From assembly GCF_009914755.1 (NCBI RefSeq), contig NC_060927.1: a stretch of DNA of 64,000 nucleotides; one strand, written 5' to 3'. Positions 18,116 to 31,715 of this stretch are shown in pieces. The position numbers and the translations under genes were made by a program. The DNA comes from the human T2T-CHM13v2.0 reference genome, Homo sapiens. Under the pieces are notes generated by a model. It saw nothing but the letters and a program-made list of their open reading frames with translations, did not search any database and was not told the DNA's origin. How positions within the stretch are numbered: the stretch's first letter is position 1; the number at the start of each line of letters is the position of its first letter.

Positions 18116-19916
18116 TGAATGATGGCAAATGTAATTTTTGTATCTTAAGTTATAAGTTGGAACTTGGAAAAGAAGGTGGAAAGTTGGGAAAGGAGGCAGG
18201 GAAACAGATGTGTTTCTTCTGAGAGATTATTTCTATAAGAAATTAAACATGAGAGACTGATTAAAGGTTTACTGCTTTTTCTTACTCTTAAATTACCTTT
18301 GAATCTAGTGTGAAAGGGGGAATATGACTTCAGAATTAAATGACAATAAATAAATTTGACTGTAGCAATTATTATAGTTGCTGTGTTGACAAATCTATTC
18401 TGTCATTTATTTCATATAGTAATAACATATTTACTCTTATTTACATTTTCTGTGTTTCTGTATTGCTGTTACTGTCCATCTGCAATATTTACTTAGAATG
18501 CATTAGGGTACATAAACAATTTTCTATTTTTCCAGGATACTTAAGGATGTTTGAAACTGCAATAAATTCTCCTATATCTGAATATCATTTATTTCCATTT
18601 TAAATCAGAAATTTTACCAACATTAATTTGTAGATTTTAATTATGAAGACGTTAAGGGGTTGTGTGTGTGCGCGTCTGTGTTTTTGTTTTCATTTTCTGC
18701 TCATGTCCAGAGTTTGCATTGGCTCTGCTTTTATGGCTGGCAGCAGCGATGCCTCTTCTGAGGCATTGCTTCCTAAACCTTAGGCTGACTTCCTGGTCCT
18801 ACCTGGAAGGTTTTTTTTTTTTTTTGTCTCCATTCTATCAGATATTATATTTGTCAAGTTTTGTTTTATGTTCTTTTAAAAATATTGAGAGAGAAGAGGT
18901 CAAGTTGTACTTTTTACTTTGAAACAACAATTATTCTCTGTGTATAATAAGGCTTGCTTTATAAATAATGGCTAATTATTTTATAGTACCATGGGTATAA
19001 ATTGTGTAGAAGGCTCTAGTGCTTCTCCCAGCACCGTATTTCCCACAATGTATAGAAGTGAATAATAGTGGTGTACGACATAGTATATATCACATATAGA
19101 AAGTTCCCAAATTAATAAGTGGCATGGGGAAAGTACACTTAACGCTTTGAAACTACAATTTCAAGAAGATGGCCAGTAAAGAAATAAAAGCAAATTAGCT
19201 ATAGTTTTTTTTTTTTAACCATACAGATTTTCTCTTTTTTTCCCCACAAAACTTTTTTAGCATGTTTCTTGGTACAGAAGCACCTAACATTTTTTTTTAT
19301 TATTACTGCAGATAATTAAAATGGTGAGATATTGGAAGGTATTGGTTCCAGAAGAGACAGACAGATCAATGGAACGAATATTAATAAACCTATTTATGTA
19401 TGAGCATTTTAGTACAAGATAAAGATAACATTTCAAATCTGAGAGAAAAAAATAATAGAACAACTTAATAACCATTTAGAAAAAGGAAAATTATTGAATA
19501 TTGTATACCCAGTTAAATTCCAAAAGTATCAAAAACTTAAATACGTTTTAAAAAGTGAAAGTCTTCAAGTTACTAGTAGATAATATAGATAAGTCTTTAT
19601 ATGTGCTTGGAGGAGGAAAAAATTTCAAAGCAGGACAAGCAAGCCACAAATCATAAAGGAAAAAGGTGGATAGATCTTATACTACCCAATTTTTAAAGAG
19701 CTATTCTACAAAGTTAAAAAGCAAAAATGAAAAGAAGTAAACTCTAGTGAGAAATAGAACACATAGTCTTATGTGACTCTGTGACTAGTCCTAGTGACAC
19801 GTATGCACAAAAGAACTCTTACAAATTACTATGAAAATAATGAGAATCTAATAGAAAAGTGGGCATTGGGTTACCAAAGGCAGTTTCCTAAAAAAAAATT
19901 AAAAATGTCAATAAGT

Positions 19917-20200
19917 GGCCAGGCACGGTGGCTCACGCCTGTAATCCCAGCACTTTGGGAGGCCGAGGTGGTTGGAGTTCAAGACCAGCCTGGCCAAGAC
20001 GGTGAAACCCTGTCTCTGCTAAAAATACAAAAAATTAGCCAGGCGTGGCACGAACCTATAATCCCAGCTACTCCGGAGGCTGAGGCAGAGAATTGCTTAA
20101 ACCTGGAGGGGTGGAGGTTGCAGTGAGCCGAGATCGTGCCACTGCACTCCAGCCTGGGCGACAGAGCGAGACTCCATCTCAAAAAAAATAAAATAAAATA
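19917..20200 (+). mobile_element. AluS-like with internal deletion, within degraded L1M sequence (~19300-20560)
   Basis: GGCCAGGCACGGTGGCTCACGCC; GGATCAC segment missing; (AAAAT)n tail. Confidence 0.92.
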
Positions 20201-21138
20201 ATTCAATAATAGTTCATTTTTGCTGGCAATAAAAATTTTAACTTAAACTCAAATGAAAATAACACTAAGTTAAATAAAAATATGTATTAATACGGCAGAG
20301 ATGTAAAAGGTCAATCATGATATGTGGTATTGAATATGATGTAGAAAAAAATCACTCTCCCAACCCTTTGCCTGAGGTTCATTGATTCATTTTTTCTGAA
20401 GGGAAGTTTGTGACTATATGTGACATTTTTAAATTTGCCTACCCACTGACTCAACAGTTCTACTGTTAGCAATTTAATCTAAAAAAATTAAAAAAAAGCT
20501 ATTAGGATGATTCTGTTTTTTAAAATAGTGAAAAATTGGAAATACTTTGTTCATTGATACAGAATTGGTATGCTATAAACATTCAAAATAATAATTGATG
20601 AAAATAATTGTATCTAACATTTATGTAGCATTTACTATGTGTAAGGCACTGTTCTGAGCACTTTATATATTCATTGGCATGGAAAGAAATGTATATTCTT
20701 CAATAAAAACTTCAATTCTTTTTTGTTTAAACAACAAATACATAAGTATATATAGATACATATATTTATGTATGTTTCTGGGTGATGTATGTCTGTACAT
20801 GATATAGGTATGTATGTGTGGGGGTTGGCAGAGAAAATCATCTCTTAGTGATTATATACTGAACAGATTATATACGGAATAATACAGATGAATAGTAGTC
20901 ATCTCTAGATTGTGGAATTACTGGTAATATTTGTTTGCTTTTGTTATACTTTCTGTTTTACTGAATGTTTGACATTTAGCATCTTTTAATGATGTATTCA
21001 TGAAATCATTTTTAAAATAGAAGTCTCACAGTGTCCTTGAAGTTACAGAATCCTGTTAAGGTATTTGATTTCCTCTCCCTTAAAACTATCTTAGATAAAA
21101 CCATCATAGTAAAGATAATGTATTTTATTTTTTGTTAG

Positions 21139-21387
<249 letters not shown>

Positions 21388-21659
21388 TAATTATCTTATG
21401 TATATATAAATAAAACTTATACTTCATCTCATTTTTTATGTTTGTTTTTACAAACGAGTACTTCAATATTTTTCTGTCTTCAAATGCCATATTTACCATG
21501 ATTTTCTCAAGGTCTTTTATTATTCAGTTTGTTCCTAACCTGTTTTTCCATGACTTAAAATGTGGTCCTTTGTAACTTATAAGGATTTCAGCAGAAAATT
21601 CCATTTTTATTTTCATAAATTTGGGATACAGCATAGCTCTCAAGAATCCTTGGAATAGA

Positions 21660-22129
21660 CCTCCCCCTCCTCCCCCTCCCCCTCCCCCCTCCTCCCCCTT
21701 CCCCTCCCTCCCCCTCCCTCCCCCTCCCCCTCCCCCTCCCTCCCCCTCCCCCTCCCCCTCCCCCTCCCCCTCCCCCTCCCCCTCCCCCCTCCCCCTCCCC
21801 CTCCCACTCCCGCTCCCCCTCCCCCCTCCCCCTCCCCCTCCCCCTCCCCCTCCCCCTCCCGCTCCCCCTCCCCCTCCCTCCCCCTCCCCCTCCCCCTCCC
21901 CCTCTCCCCCTCCCCCTCTCCCCCTCCCCCTCTCCCTCTTCCCCTCTCCCTCTTCCCCTCTCTCCCTCCCCCTCCCCCTCTCCCCCTCCCCCTCTCCCCC
22001 TCCCCCTCTCCCTCTTCCCCTCTCCCTCTTCCCCTCTCTCCCTCCCCCTCCCCCTCTCCCCCTCCCCCTCCTCCCCTCCCCCTCCCTCTCCTTCCCTCCC
22101 CCCTCCCCTTTCTTTCTTTCTTTCTTTCT
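21660..22129 (+). repeat. SVA hexamer (CCCTCC/CCCTCT)n plus (TTTC)n polypyrimidine tract, 470 nt
   Basis: Only three purines seen (A21806, G21812, G21861). Confidence 0.97.
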
Positions 22130-22525
22130 ACAGTCTCCCTCTCTTGCCAAGCCTGGACTGTACTGCCATGATCTCGGCTCACTGCAACCTCCCTGCCTCG
22201 GGCTCCTGTGATTCTCCTGCCTTAGCCTGCCGAGTGCCTGGGATTCCAGGCACGCGCCGCCACTCCTGACTGGTTTTTGTATTTTTGGTGGAGATGGGGT
22301 TTCGCCATGTTGACCGATCTGGTCTCCAGCTCCTGGCCTCGGGTGATCCGCCCACCTCGGCCTCCCGAGGTGCTGGGATTGCAGACGGAGTCTCGCTCAC
22401 TCAACGCTCAATGTTGCTCAGGCTGGAGTGCAGTGGCGTGATCTCGGCTCGCTACAACCTCCACCTCCCAGCCGCCTGCCTTGGCCTCCCAAAGTGCTAA
22501 GATTACAGCCTCTGCCTGCCCGCCA

Positions 22526-23378
22526 CCCCGTCTAGGAAGTGAGCAGCGTCTCTGCCTGGCCGCCCATCGTCTGGGATGTGAGGAGCCCCTCTGCCCGGCT
22601 GCCCCATCTGGGAAGTGTGGAGCGCCTCTGCCTGGCTGCCACCCTGTCTAGGAAGTGAGGAGTGTCTCTGCCTGGCCGCCCATCATCTGGGATGTGAGGA
22701 GCGCCCCTGGCCGGCCGCCCTGTCTGGGAAGTGAGGAGCGCCTCTGCCCGGCCGCCCCGTCTGGGAGGTGAGGAGCGCCTCTGCCCGGCCGCCACCCCCG
22801 TCTGGGATGTGAGGAGCGTCTCTGCCCAGCCGCCACCCCATCTAGGAAGTGGGGAGTGCCTCTGCCCGGCTGCCCTGAATGGGAAGTGAGGAGCGCCTCT
22901 GCCCGGCCACCCCGTCTGGGAAGTGGGGAGCGCCTCTGCCTGGCTGCCCCGTCTGGGAAGTGAGGAGCGCTTCTGCCTGGCCGCTCCATCTGGGAGGTGA
23001 GGAGCGCCTCTGCCTGGCCGCCACCGCATCTGGGAGGTGAGGAGCGTCTCTGCCCGGCCGCCACCCTGTCTGGGAAGTGGGGAGCGCCTCTGCCCGGCTG
23101 CCCCATCGGGTAGGTGAGGAGTGCCTCTGCCCGGCTGCCCATCGTCTGGGAAGTGAGGAGCGCCTCTGCCCGGCCACCCATCGTCTGGGAGGTGAGGAGC
23201 GCCTCTGCCCGGCCGCCCCGAATGGGAAGTGAGGAGCGCCTCTGCCCGGCCGCGCCGTCTGGGAAGTGGGGAGCGCCTCTGCCCGGCCGCCCCGTCTGGG
23301 AAGTGAGGAGCGTCTCTGCCTGCCCGCCCCTCGTCGGGGAGGTGAGGAGCGCCTCTGCCCGCCGCCGCATCTGGGAGG
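22526..23378 (+). repeat. SVA VNTR, ~37-40-bp GC-rich units
   Basis: Repeated CGTCTGGGAAGTGAGGAGCGCCTCTGCCCGGCCGCC. Confidence 0.95.
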
Positions 23379-24129
23379 TGTACCCAACAGCTCCGAAGAG
23401 ACAGTGACCATCAAGAACGGGCCATGATGACGATGGCGGTTTTGTCGAAAAGAAAAGGGGGAAATGTGGGGAAAAGAAAGAGAGATCAGATGGTTACTGT
23501 GTCTGTGTAGAAAGAAGTAGACATAGAAGACTCCATTTTGTTCTGTACTAAGAAAAATTCTTCTGCCTTGGGATGCTGTTAATCTATAACCTTACCCCCA
23601 ACCCTGTGCTCTCTGAAACGTGCTGTGTCAACTCAGGGTTAAATGGATTAAGGGCGGTGCAAGATGTGCTTTGTTAAACAGATGCTTGAAGGCAGCATGC
23701 TCATTAAGAGTCGTCACCACTCCCTAGTCTGAAGTACCCAGGGACACAAACACTGCGGAAGGCTGCAGGGAGCTCTGCCTAGGAAAACCAGAGACCTTTG
23801 TTCACGTGTTTATCTGCTGACCTTCTCTCCACTATTATCCTATGACCGTGCCACATCCCCCTCTCCGAGAAACACCCAAGAATGATCAATAAATACTAAA
23901 AAAAAAAAAAAAGAAAGAAAGAAAAAAAAGAGTTAAAATGCCAGAGCCCCCAACTGATCTGTAGATTTAAGGCAATTCCAAACAAATCCCAGCATGAGTC
24001 TTTGTAGATATAGGCAAGTTCATTATAAAATATATGTAAAAGTAAAGGACTGGAATACCCAAAACAATTTTGAAGAAAGATCAAGGTTAAAGACTCATAC
24101 TACCCAATTTAAGACATACTATAAAGTAG

Positions 24130-24496
<367 letters not shown>

Positions 24497-24549
24497 TCAA
24501 TAAAACACAATAGAGATTCTAGAAATAGATCCCCAAAATATGGTAATTT

Positions 24550-25100
24550 TAATGAGTTTCATTGAGGTATAATTGACTTACAACAAACTGCACATATTTA
24601 TAGTATAAAGATTGATACATTTTGATATATGTATACATATGTAAAACCATCAGCCCAATCAAAATAGTGAACATAAACATTATCCCCAAAAGTTTCTTCA
24701 TGTCCTTTAGTAATCCCTTCTTTCCTCCCCTCTCTACTTCTCCACCTCATCTCCTGGCAATCACTGATCTGCTTTATATCATTTATATTCATTTATATTC
24801 CTTGAATATAAAATATTCCTTTATATTTATATACTATTCCTTGAATATAATATATTCCTTTATATTAATGGAATCATATAGAATGTACTTTTTTGTCTTG
24901 CTTTCTGAACTCAACGTCATTCCTTTGAGAATCATCCATGTTGTAGCATGTATCAATAGTCCATTCTTTTTTATTGCTCTGAGGTAGTCCATCATATCCA
25001 TGTACCGTACTTTGCTTATCTAGTCACTTGTTGGTGGGCATTCAGGTGTATACTGTTTTGGCTATTACAAATAAACCTGATATGAACATTCATGTACAAC
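24550..25100 (-). mobile_element. Old L1M 3'UTR fragment within transduced segment
   Basis: ATTGAGGTATAATTGACTTACAACAAACTGCACATATT...ATCCATGTTGTAGCATGTATCAATAGT...ATGAACATTCATGTACAA. Confidence 0.8.
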
Positions 25101-25369
25101 AAAAAAAAAGAATCCTTGGAATAAATTTAACATCTTAAGGTTTTTTGTTTGTTTTTTAAGGCTCATAAATGCTACATCAGCATCATTTCCTTTATTGACT
25201 GGCTATTGCTGTAGGTTGCAAACTTTATTGGTACAACATTTTTAAAATGTCTTGTCAAATAGCCATTTTTCTCTTATTTTAATATCATAAAAAATCTTCA
25301 ACTTATAATTGCTTTTCTTTTTCTAACTGGCTATGTTATATAACAGAATGTTCATGATTTTTGGTATCG

Positions 25370-25530
25370 TAGGGATATAGCCTGCATTTGGAATCACACA
25401 ACTTGGGATAGAATCTTGACTCTCTTATCTACTAGATATACGTTAAGTTATGTAACATTCTTTAGTCTTAGTTTCTTCATCTCTAAAATGCAAATAAATA
25501 TTGTCTTTATTCACAAGATTTTTAGGGTTA
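25370..25530 (+). mobile_element. MIR fragment
   Basis: TCTTAGTTTCTTCATCTCTAAAATG core. Confidence 0.6.
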
Positions 25531-26448
25531 CTTAGAAAATAACTCTACTCCTAGTAGTGTCAGCCACATGAGATGCGCCCTATAATTGTTGCTTCCTTGA
25601 CATTTTTAGTTATGAATATGGCTTTGTTATTTATAAGAAATTTTTATAGTATCACAGGGCTTATGAAAATAAGATTTCAATTCCTGAGATACAGATTAGC
25701 TAACATGGATATTTTGCTGGATGAAAATATTAATTTGAAAGTTATACTTTTTGTCAGTTGGGAAGTTAGGGCAGTCATATATTACCCATGTAACTGTCAG
25801 CAGAGTTAAAAAGGAAGTAGACCTATTACAGTGGTCGCTAAGTTTTTGAATAGTTCTCTACTGCTTGTTAAAGAACAAAATGATTTTGGCAAATGATTTG
25901 AAAATATAGCACAGGGAGATCTCAGGTAGTAAATCATGTAACTATAATAATAACTAACATTATATTTTATACTTTAAAAGATGCCTTTGTATGCACTATA
26001 TTATTCAACATAATATTTTGTTATTTAACATAGCAATCCCAGGGTATAGTATTCCATTATATAAATGAAGAAACCAGGGACTTGAAGAGGTTGAGTAACT
26101 TAAGATCATATATCTGTCTGTGTAAGCTGAGACCCCAGTCCAGATCATCTGATCCACATCCTGTGCTTTAACGTGACCCTGAACTAATGCCTACCCTAAA
26201 GTACCATTTGGTGGTTGTATTCTTCCACATCTTGTGGATCTATTCTTCCAGTTGTTAGGCTTACCACTTTAATTGTACAAAGACCTATTTGTTTTTATAT
26301 GAAGTGAAATGTTTCAAACAACACTAATTTATTTAGAATAATAATTTGTTTCTAAGTGTGATTGTATTTTTTATTGCTTTTTAGGCTTCACAGATATTGT
26401 ATATATTTTATGTTACAGATAATTCCCATTTAGAAAGTACATTGCATA

Positions 26449-26450
<2 letters not shown>

Positions 26451-26488
<38 letters not shown>
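26451..26488. repeat. (CA)19 microsatellite
   Basis: Perfect CA run. Confidence 0.97.
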
Positions 26489-26491
<3 letters not shown>

Positions 26492-26517
26492 CAATTTTGA
26501 AATATTGCAGTTACATT

Positions 26518-26815
<298 letters not shown>

Positions 26816-27017
26816 CTAAATTTAGTTAACTACTATGTCATCCTAATTTACCTTACTAAAATTTATACATTAACATAGATTTCCTTAAAGTGTTTATATG
26901 TGTTTAAGTTAAAATATGTAAATAATTTTTAAAAGAAAGAACACATTCAATTCTGCTAGTTCTAATGCGATTTTGGTTACGTGTTTGTATTGTATTGGGC
27001 CTACCTTCTTTAGGAGT

Positions 27018-27348
27018 TATTTTATTTGTTTATTTACTTATTTATTTGATTTTTTTTTTTCTGAGATAGATTCTCACTCTGTCACCAAAGCTGGATGGCA
27101 GTGTCACAATCACACTCACTGCAGCCTTGAACTCCAGGGCTCAAGTGATCCTTCTGCCTCAGCCTCCTGAATAGTTGGGACTACAGGCACATGAAAACAA
27201 AGCCATGCTGGGGTTTTTTTTTTCCCCCATAGAGATGAGGTCTCCTTATGTTGCCCAGACCATTCTCTTAACTCCTGGGCTCATGCATTCCTCCTACTTC
27301 AGCCTCCCAGAGTGCTGAGATTACAGGTGTGAGCTGCCATGCATAGCC
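27018..27348 (-). mobile_element. AluJ-like
   Basis: (TTTA)n tail, CTCACTGCAGCCTTGAACTCCAGGGCTCAAGTGATCC. Confidence 0.9.
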
Positions 27349-27742
27349 TTGTAGGGGTTATTTTAAATAAGTAACATGTTTAGATTTGTTTAGGGCCTTT
27401 TATGTCACATTTCAAAGGATTATATTTGGGCTATTTATACCTGGAATCATTCTACATATCCCACTGAGAAAAATCAAATATACTGAGTGACACAATAATG
27501 AATAGCTTCTTTTCCCAGATTATTATGAAGTTCATGGAAACTCTTGCAATTAGACAATTATATTTGTGTCATATGACATTTTTTTGTATTCTGAAAAACC
27601 TCTCAGAAATTAAAATATAGAATTTTGGCTCTTTTTATCATATTCATTGCTCATTCATTCATTCAATAAGCCATCACTTAAAAAATATATTCTTAGTAAA
27701 TGCAAGTACACATTTGGTTATTGTAACAATTTCCAAAGTTAA

Positions 27743-27979
<237 letters not shown>

Positions 27980-28322
27980 TAAATTGATACTGATACTGAA
28001 TTTAGAAATATTGCTTTAAACAACAGAGAAAAAAAAAAAGAAAAAAGGAATCTTGTCATTTTTATTCTGTATATTCATTATCTTGTATACTTGTGAAGAA
28101 GAATCTTTTACTCTGATTTGGACAAAATTTGCTAACACAAATGTCCATTGCTTTTTTGAATAAAAAAATGTTTTATAAAGAAAAAAATAAGTAAAAACTA
28201 TTAAGAAAATTTTACCCAGTATTTCCTAGAATATGTTCAAGTTCTATTTGAAATATCAGTACCCACATGTTAATTTAAGTTTCACGATGGATGGCTAACA
28301 TGAGTTTTTAAAACATTGAACC

Positions 28323-28639
28323 GGCTCGGCATGGTGGCTGACACCTGTAATCCCAGCACTTTGTGAGGCCGAGGCGGGCAGATAACCAGGTGAAGAGTTC
28401 GAGATCAACCTGGCCAACTTGGTGAAACCCCGTCTCTACTAAAGATACAAAAAAAAAAAAAAAAAATTAGCTGGGCGTAGTAGCACATGCCTGTAATCCC
28501 AGCTACTCAGGAGGCTGGGGCAGGAGAATCGCTTGAACCTGGGATGGAGAAGTTGCAGTGAGCCAAGATCACTCCATTGCACTCCAGCCTGGGTGACAGG
28601 GTGAGACTCCATCTCGGGAAAAAAAAAAAAAAAAAAAAA
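28323..28639 (+). mobile_element. AluS-like
   Basis: Full dimeric Alu with long middle A-tract and poly-A. Confidence 0.93.
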
Positions 28640-29178
28640 TTGGACCTTTCATCCTGAAAGTTAATGTTTGAAACCAAGATGTATTAATTTTTTCTAATAC
28701 ATTTTCAATATACATACCCATGTCCTAAGTTGTTACGAGGATTAAATGGAGTAATGCATATAAAACACTGGGACTTAACTTGCACAATAATTTTGAGTAA
28801 CTTTTCAGCACTAAGCTTAGCACCTCACCTACTATAGGTGGTCAGTAAATATGTAATGACTAGATAAATATGTGTATAGTGCCCTTATAGCCCTGCTACA
28901 AGGCTTTAGAAATTATTTGGTAACATTTTAAGAATCTCTTATAGACTCATTTCCAGTATTCCATTTATTAAGAAAATATTTAGTTTCTGCCTAGAGTTAG
29001 AATGATAGCATGAGTTTGTTTTTGATAGTGGTGAAGGTGCTTATAGTTTTTATTAAAAGCTACTGAAAAGTTAAAGCAGATGTTAGCAGCCTATAATTAC
29101 ATTTTAAAATATAGAAGCCATTTAAAATGGGTTTCTGGCTTTCCATACTGTCATTCAATATATTTGAATTGACATTGA

Positions 29179-29511
<333 letters not shown>

Positions 29512-31574
29512 TAAGTATGCTTTACATCTATATCATTTAGTTTGGTGTTTACCTTAGAATACAGAGGTAAAAAGAATCATAGCTTGTGTTTATTATCCAT
29601 GATATATTTATACAAGGAGTTATAATAAAAAGGAAATGTTTTAAAATAATTTAACTATGAGACATTAGAATTTATAACTTAAGTGTTAAAAGCTGTAGTT
29701 TCCTGTATATGCTCAATATACTCAATGATAATGGCACATAATTTTTTCTCTCTACTCCTAATAAGACAACCAGCTGCTGAACATTAAAGTGAAGTAAAGA
29801 TCAACACAGTTTATAAAATCAGAGATCAAATCAGTAAACCTAATAAAGTTCGACTAAGTAGAAAGTTACTAACATTTTTATTGAATTAAGAGAACAGTTT
29901 TCTTTGAATATAACATACGCTATAGTCTAGATAGTTTATGGCATTAGAATTCTAGGATGCAAAAACTAGAGGAAGGATATTTAGGAGAAGTAGAGAACTG
30001 CCTTATAAAACAAGGAGAAGTTCTGATTACAGACCATCAGTCTAGGTCCCTTCAGTAAAATATTTCTAGAATGCAAAAGAATTATAGATAAATGTAGTTC
30101 AATAAACTTGTTTGTTAAGAACATCCAATTCCTTTTTGGACAGCTCTGTGTTTACCTAGTCTAGAACTTGGTTTCACTTACTAGGAAAAAACTCAGAAGT
30201 TTACTCTTTAGAAAAGCATTACCATATAATTTGAAATTATATCAAACCAGTTTAAATATTTTTGTTTAAAAGGTACTTAAATATAAATGTGCTATTTGCT
30301 TTTTTCCCCCAGAATTCTATTTAGGTCAGTATTGAAATATTTCTTGATAATCGTTAGTGAAAATTCATGAATTTTTTTTTTTTTAAAGACAGAAAAGTTT
30401 GTCCTTAGACTCCATCAGAATTACTGAAGTGGTATTTTCAGTGAAATCTCATCTCTCTGTTTAGTTTACTGACTTGACATCGTGATGTTTATATTGACTA
30501 CAGTAGATTTATTTCTTTATTACACAACTCTTAGTGAACTTGTGTACGTTAGAATACATTGTCAATATAAATATTCACTATGTTGTTAGAAAACTAATGT
30601 TACTGTGTATATTTATATGTACACACATACATATGAAGAAAAAATACCAATTTTTCATATGACATATTTTTTCTGTTGAACTCATTTAACATACAAGTAT
30701 TTTGTTTGTTAAAACATTGGTAATAACAAGATGAATAAGATGTACATTCTGCCTTTGTGAGGATTCTACTATACAGAGAGGACAATTCTTCAGCTTACTG
30801 TAGAATATATGACAATGAGTTCTATGGTGTACAGTTGGAGTACTGTGCACAGTAGGAGTACTGTGTACATGGGCAGTTAGGGAAAGTGGCATTAGAACGA
30901 GGTCTTCAAAGAATGAGAAGAGTCAGTAAGCAGAAGAAACAGACTATTTCAAGATAGAGAGTTAGGAAAGAATATTGTTTAGTTGGAGAATAACATGAAG
31001 TTGCCAGTGACAGGAGATTAGGTTTATGTGCATTGAGTGGGTAAGAAAGAGAAAATATAAAATTACAGAGAGTGTTGAAAGTGGAGTTATGGCTTAGGGC
31101 CAGATTGTGAAGGCTTCATATATGTGGTAAGATGTCTTAACTTGCTATAACTTTTAAAGAAATGCTTTTATTTTTAAAAGGGAAAATGCTATTATATTTG
31201 GTGCTTAGAAAAACATTTTTTGTTGCAATGTAAAGTACAAACTTGATAGTGGCTATATTTGGGGTAAGAATCCAAATTTGGGGGCTATTGCAGTAGTCAA
31301 AGTAAGAAGTAAGGAATGGAAATTGGATTGGAGAGTATAACATAAGGAAGGAATATTTTAACCATTATAATAAGTAATATGTGATTAATGCATGTGTGGA
31401 TTGAAGGCAAAAGGAATAGAGTATAATTTGGCTCAACAGGATGGAATGTTGGTGCCATCTCTTAAGATTTAAAATGCACGAGAGAGAAGGAAATCTTTTA
31501 GAGAGGCATGTCAAGATTCTGTAAGTTTATCTCTTTGGAAATGTCTAAAATGTCTAAAGTCTAAAAAATAATGA

Positions 31575-31715
<141 letters not shown>

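Noticed and set aside
21524-22211. Long Pro/Ser- and Gly/Glu/Arg-rich ORFs (180-208 aa)
   Set aside because: Translations of the SVA hexamer tract, stop-free because of low complexity.
22532-23414. Repetitive 165-240 aa ORFs; array superficially CRISPR-like
   Set aside because: SVA VNTR; no unique spacers, eukaryotic context.
30829-30869. 18-bp tandem/palindromic unit ACAGT(T/A)GGAGTACTGTG
   Set aside because: Short local duplication with no evidence of function.
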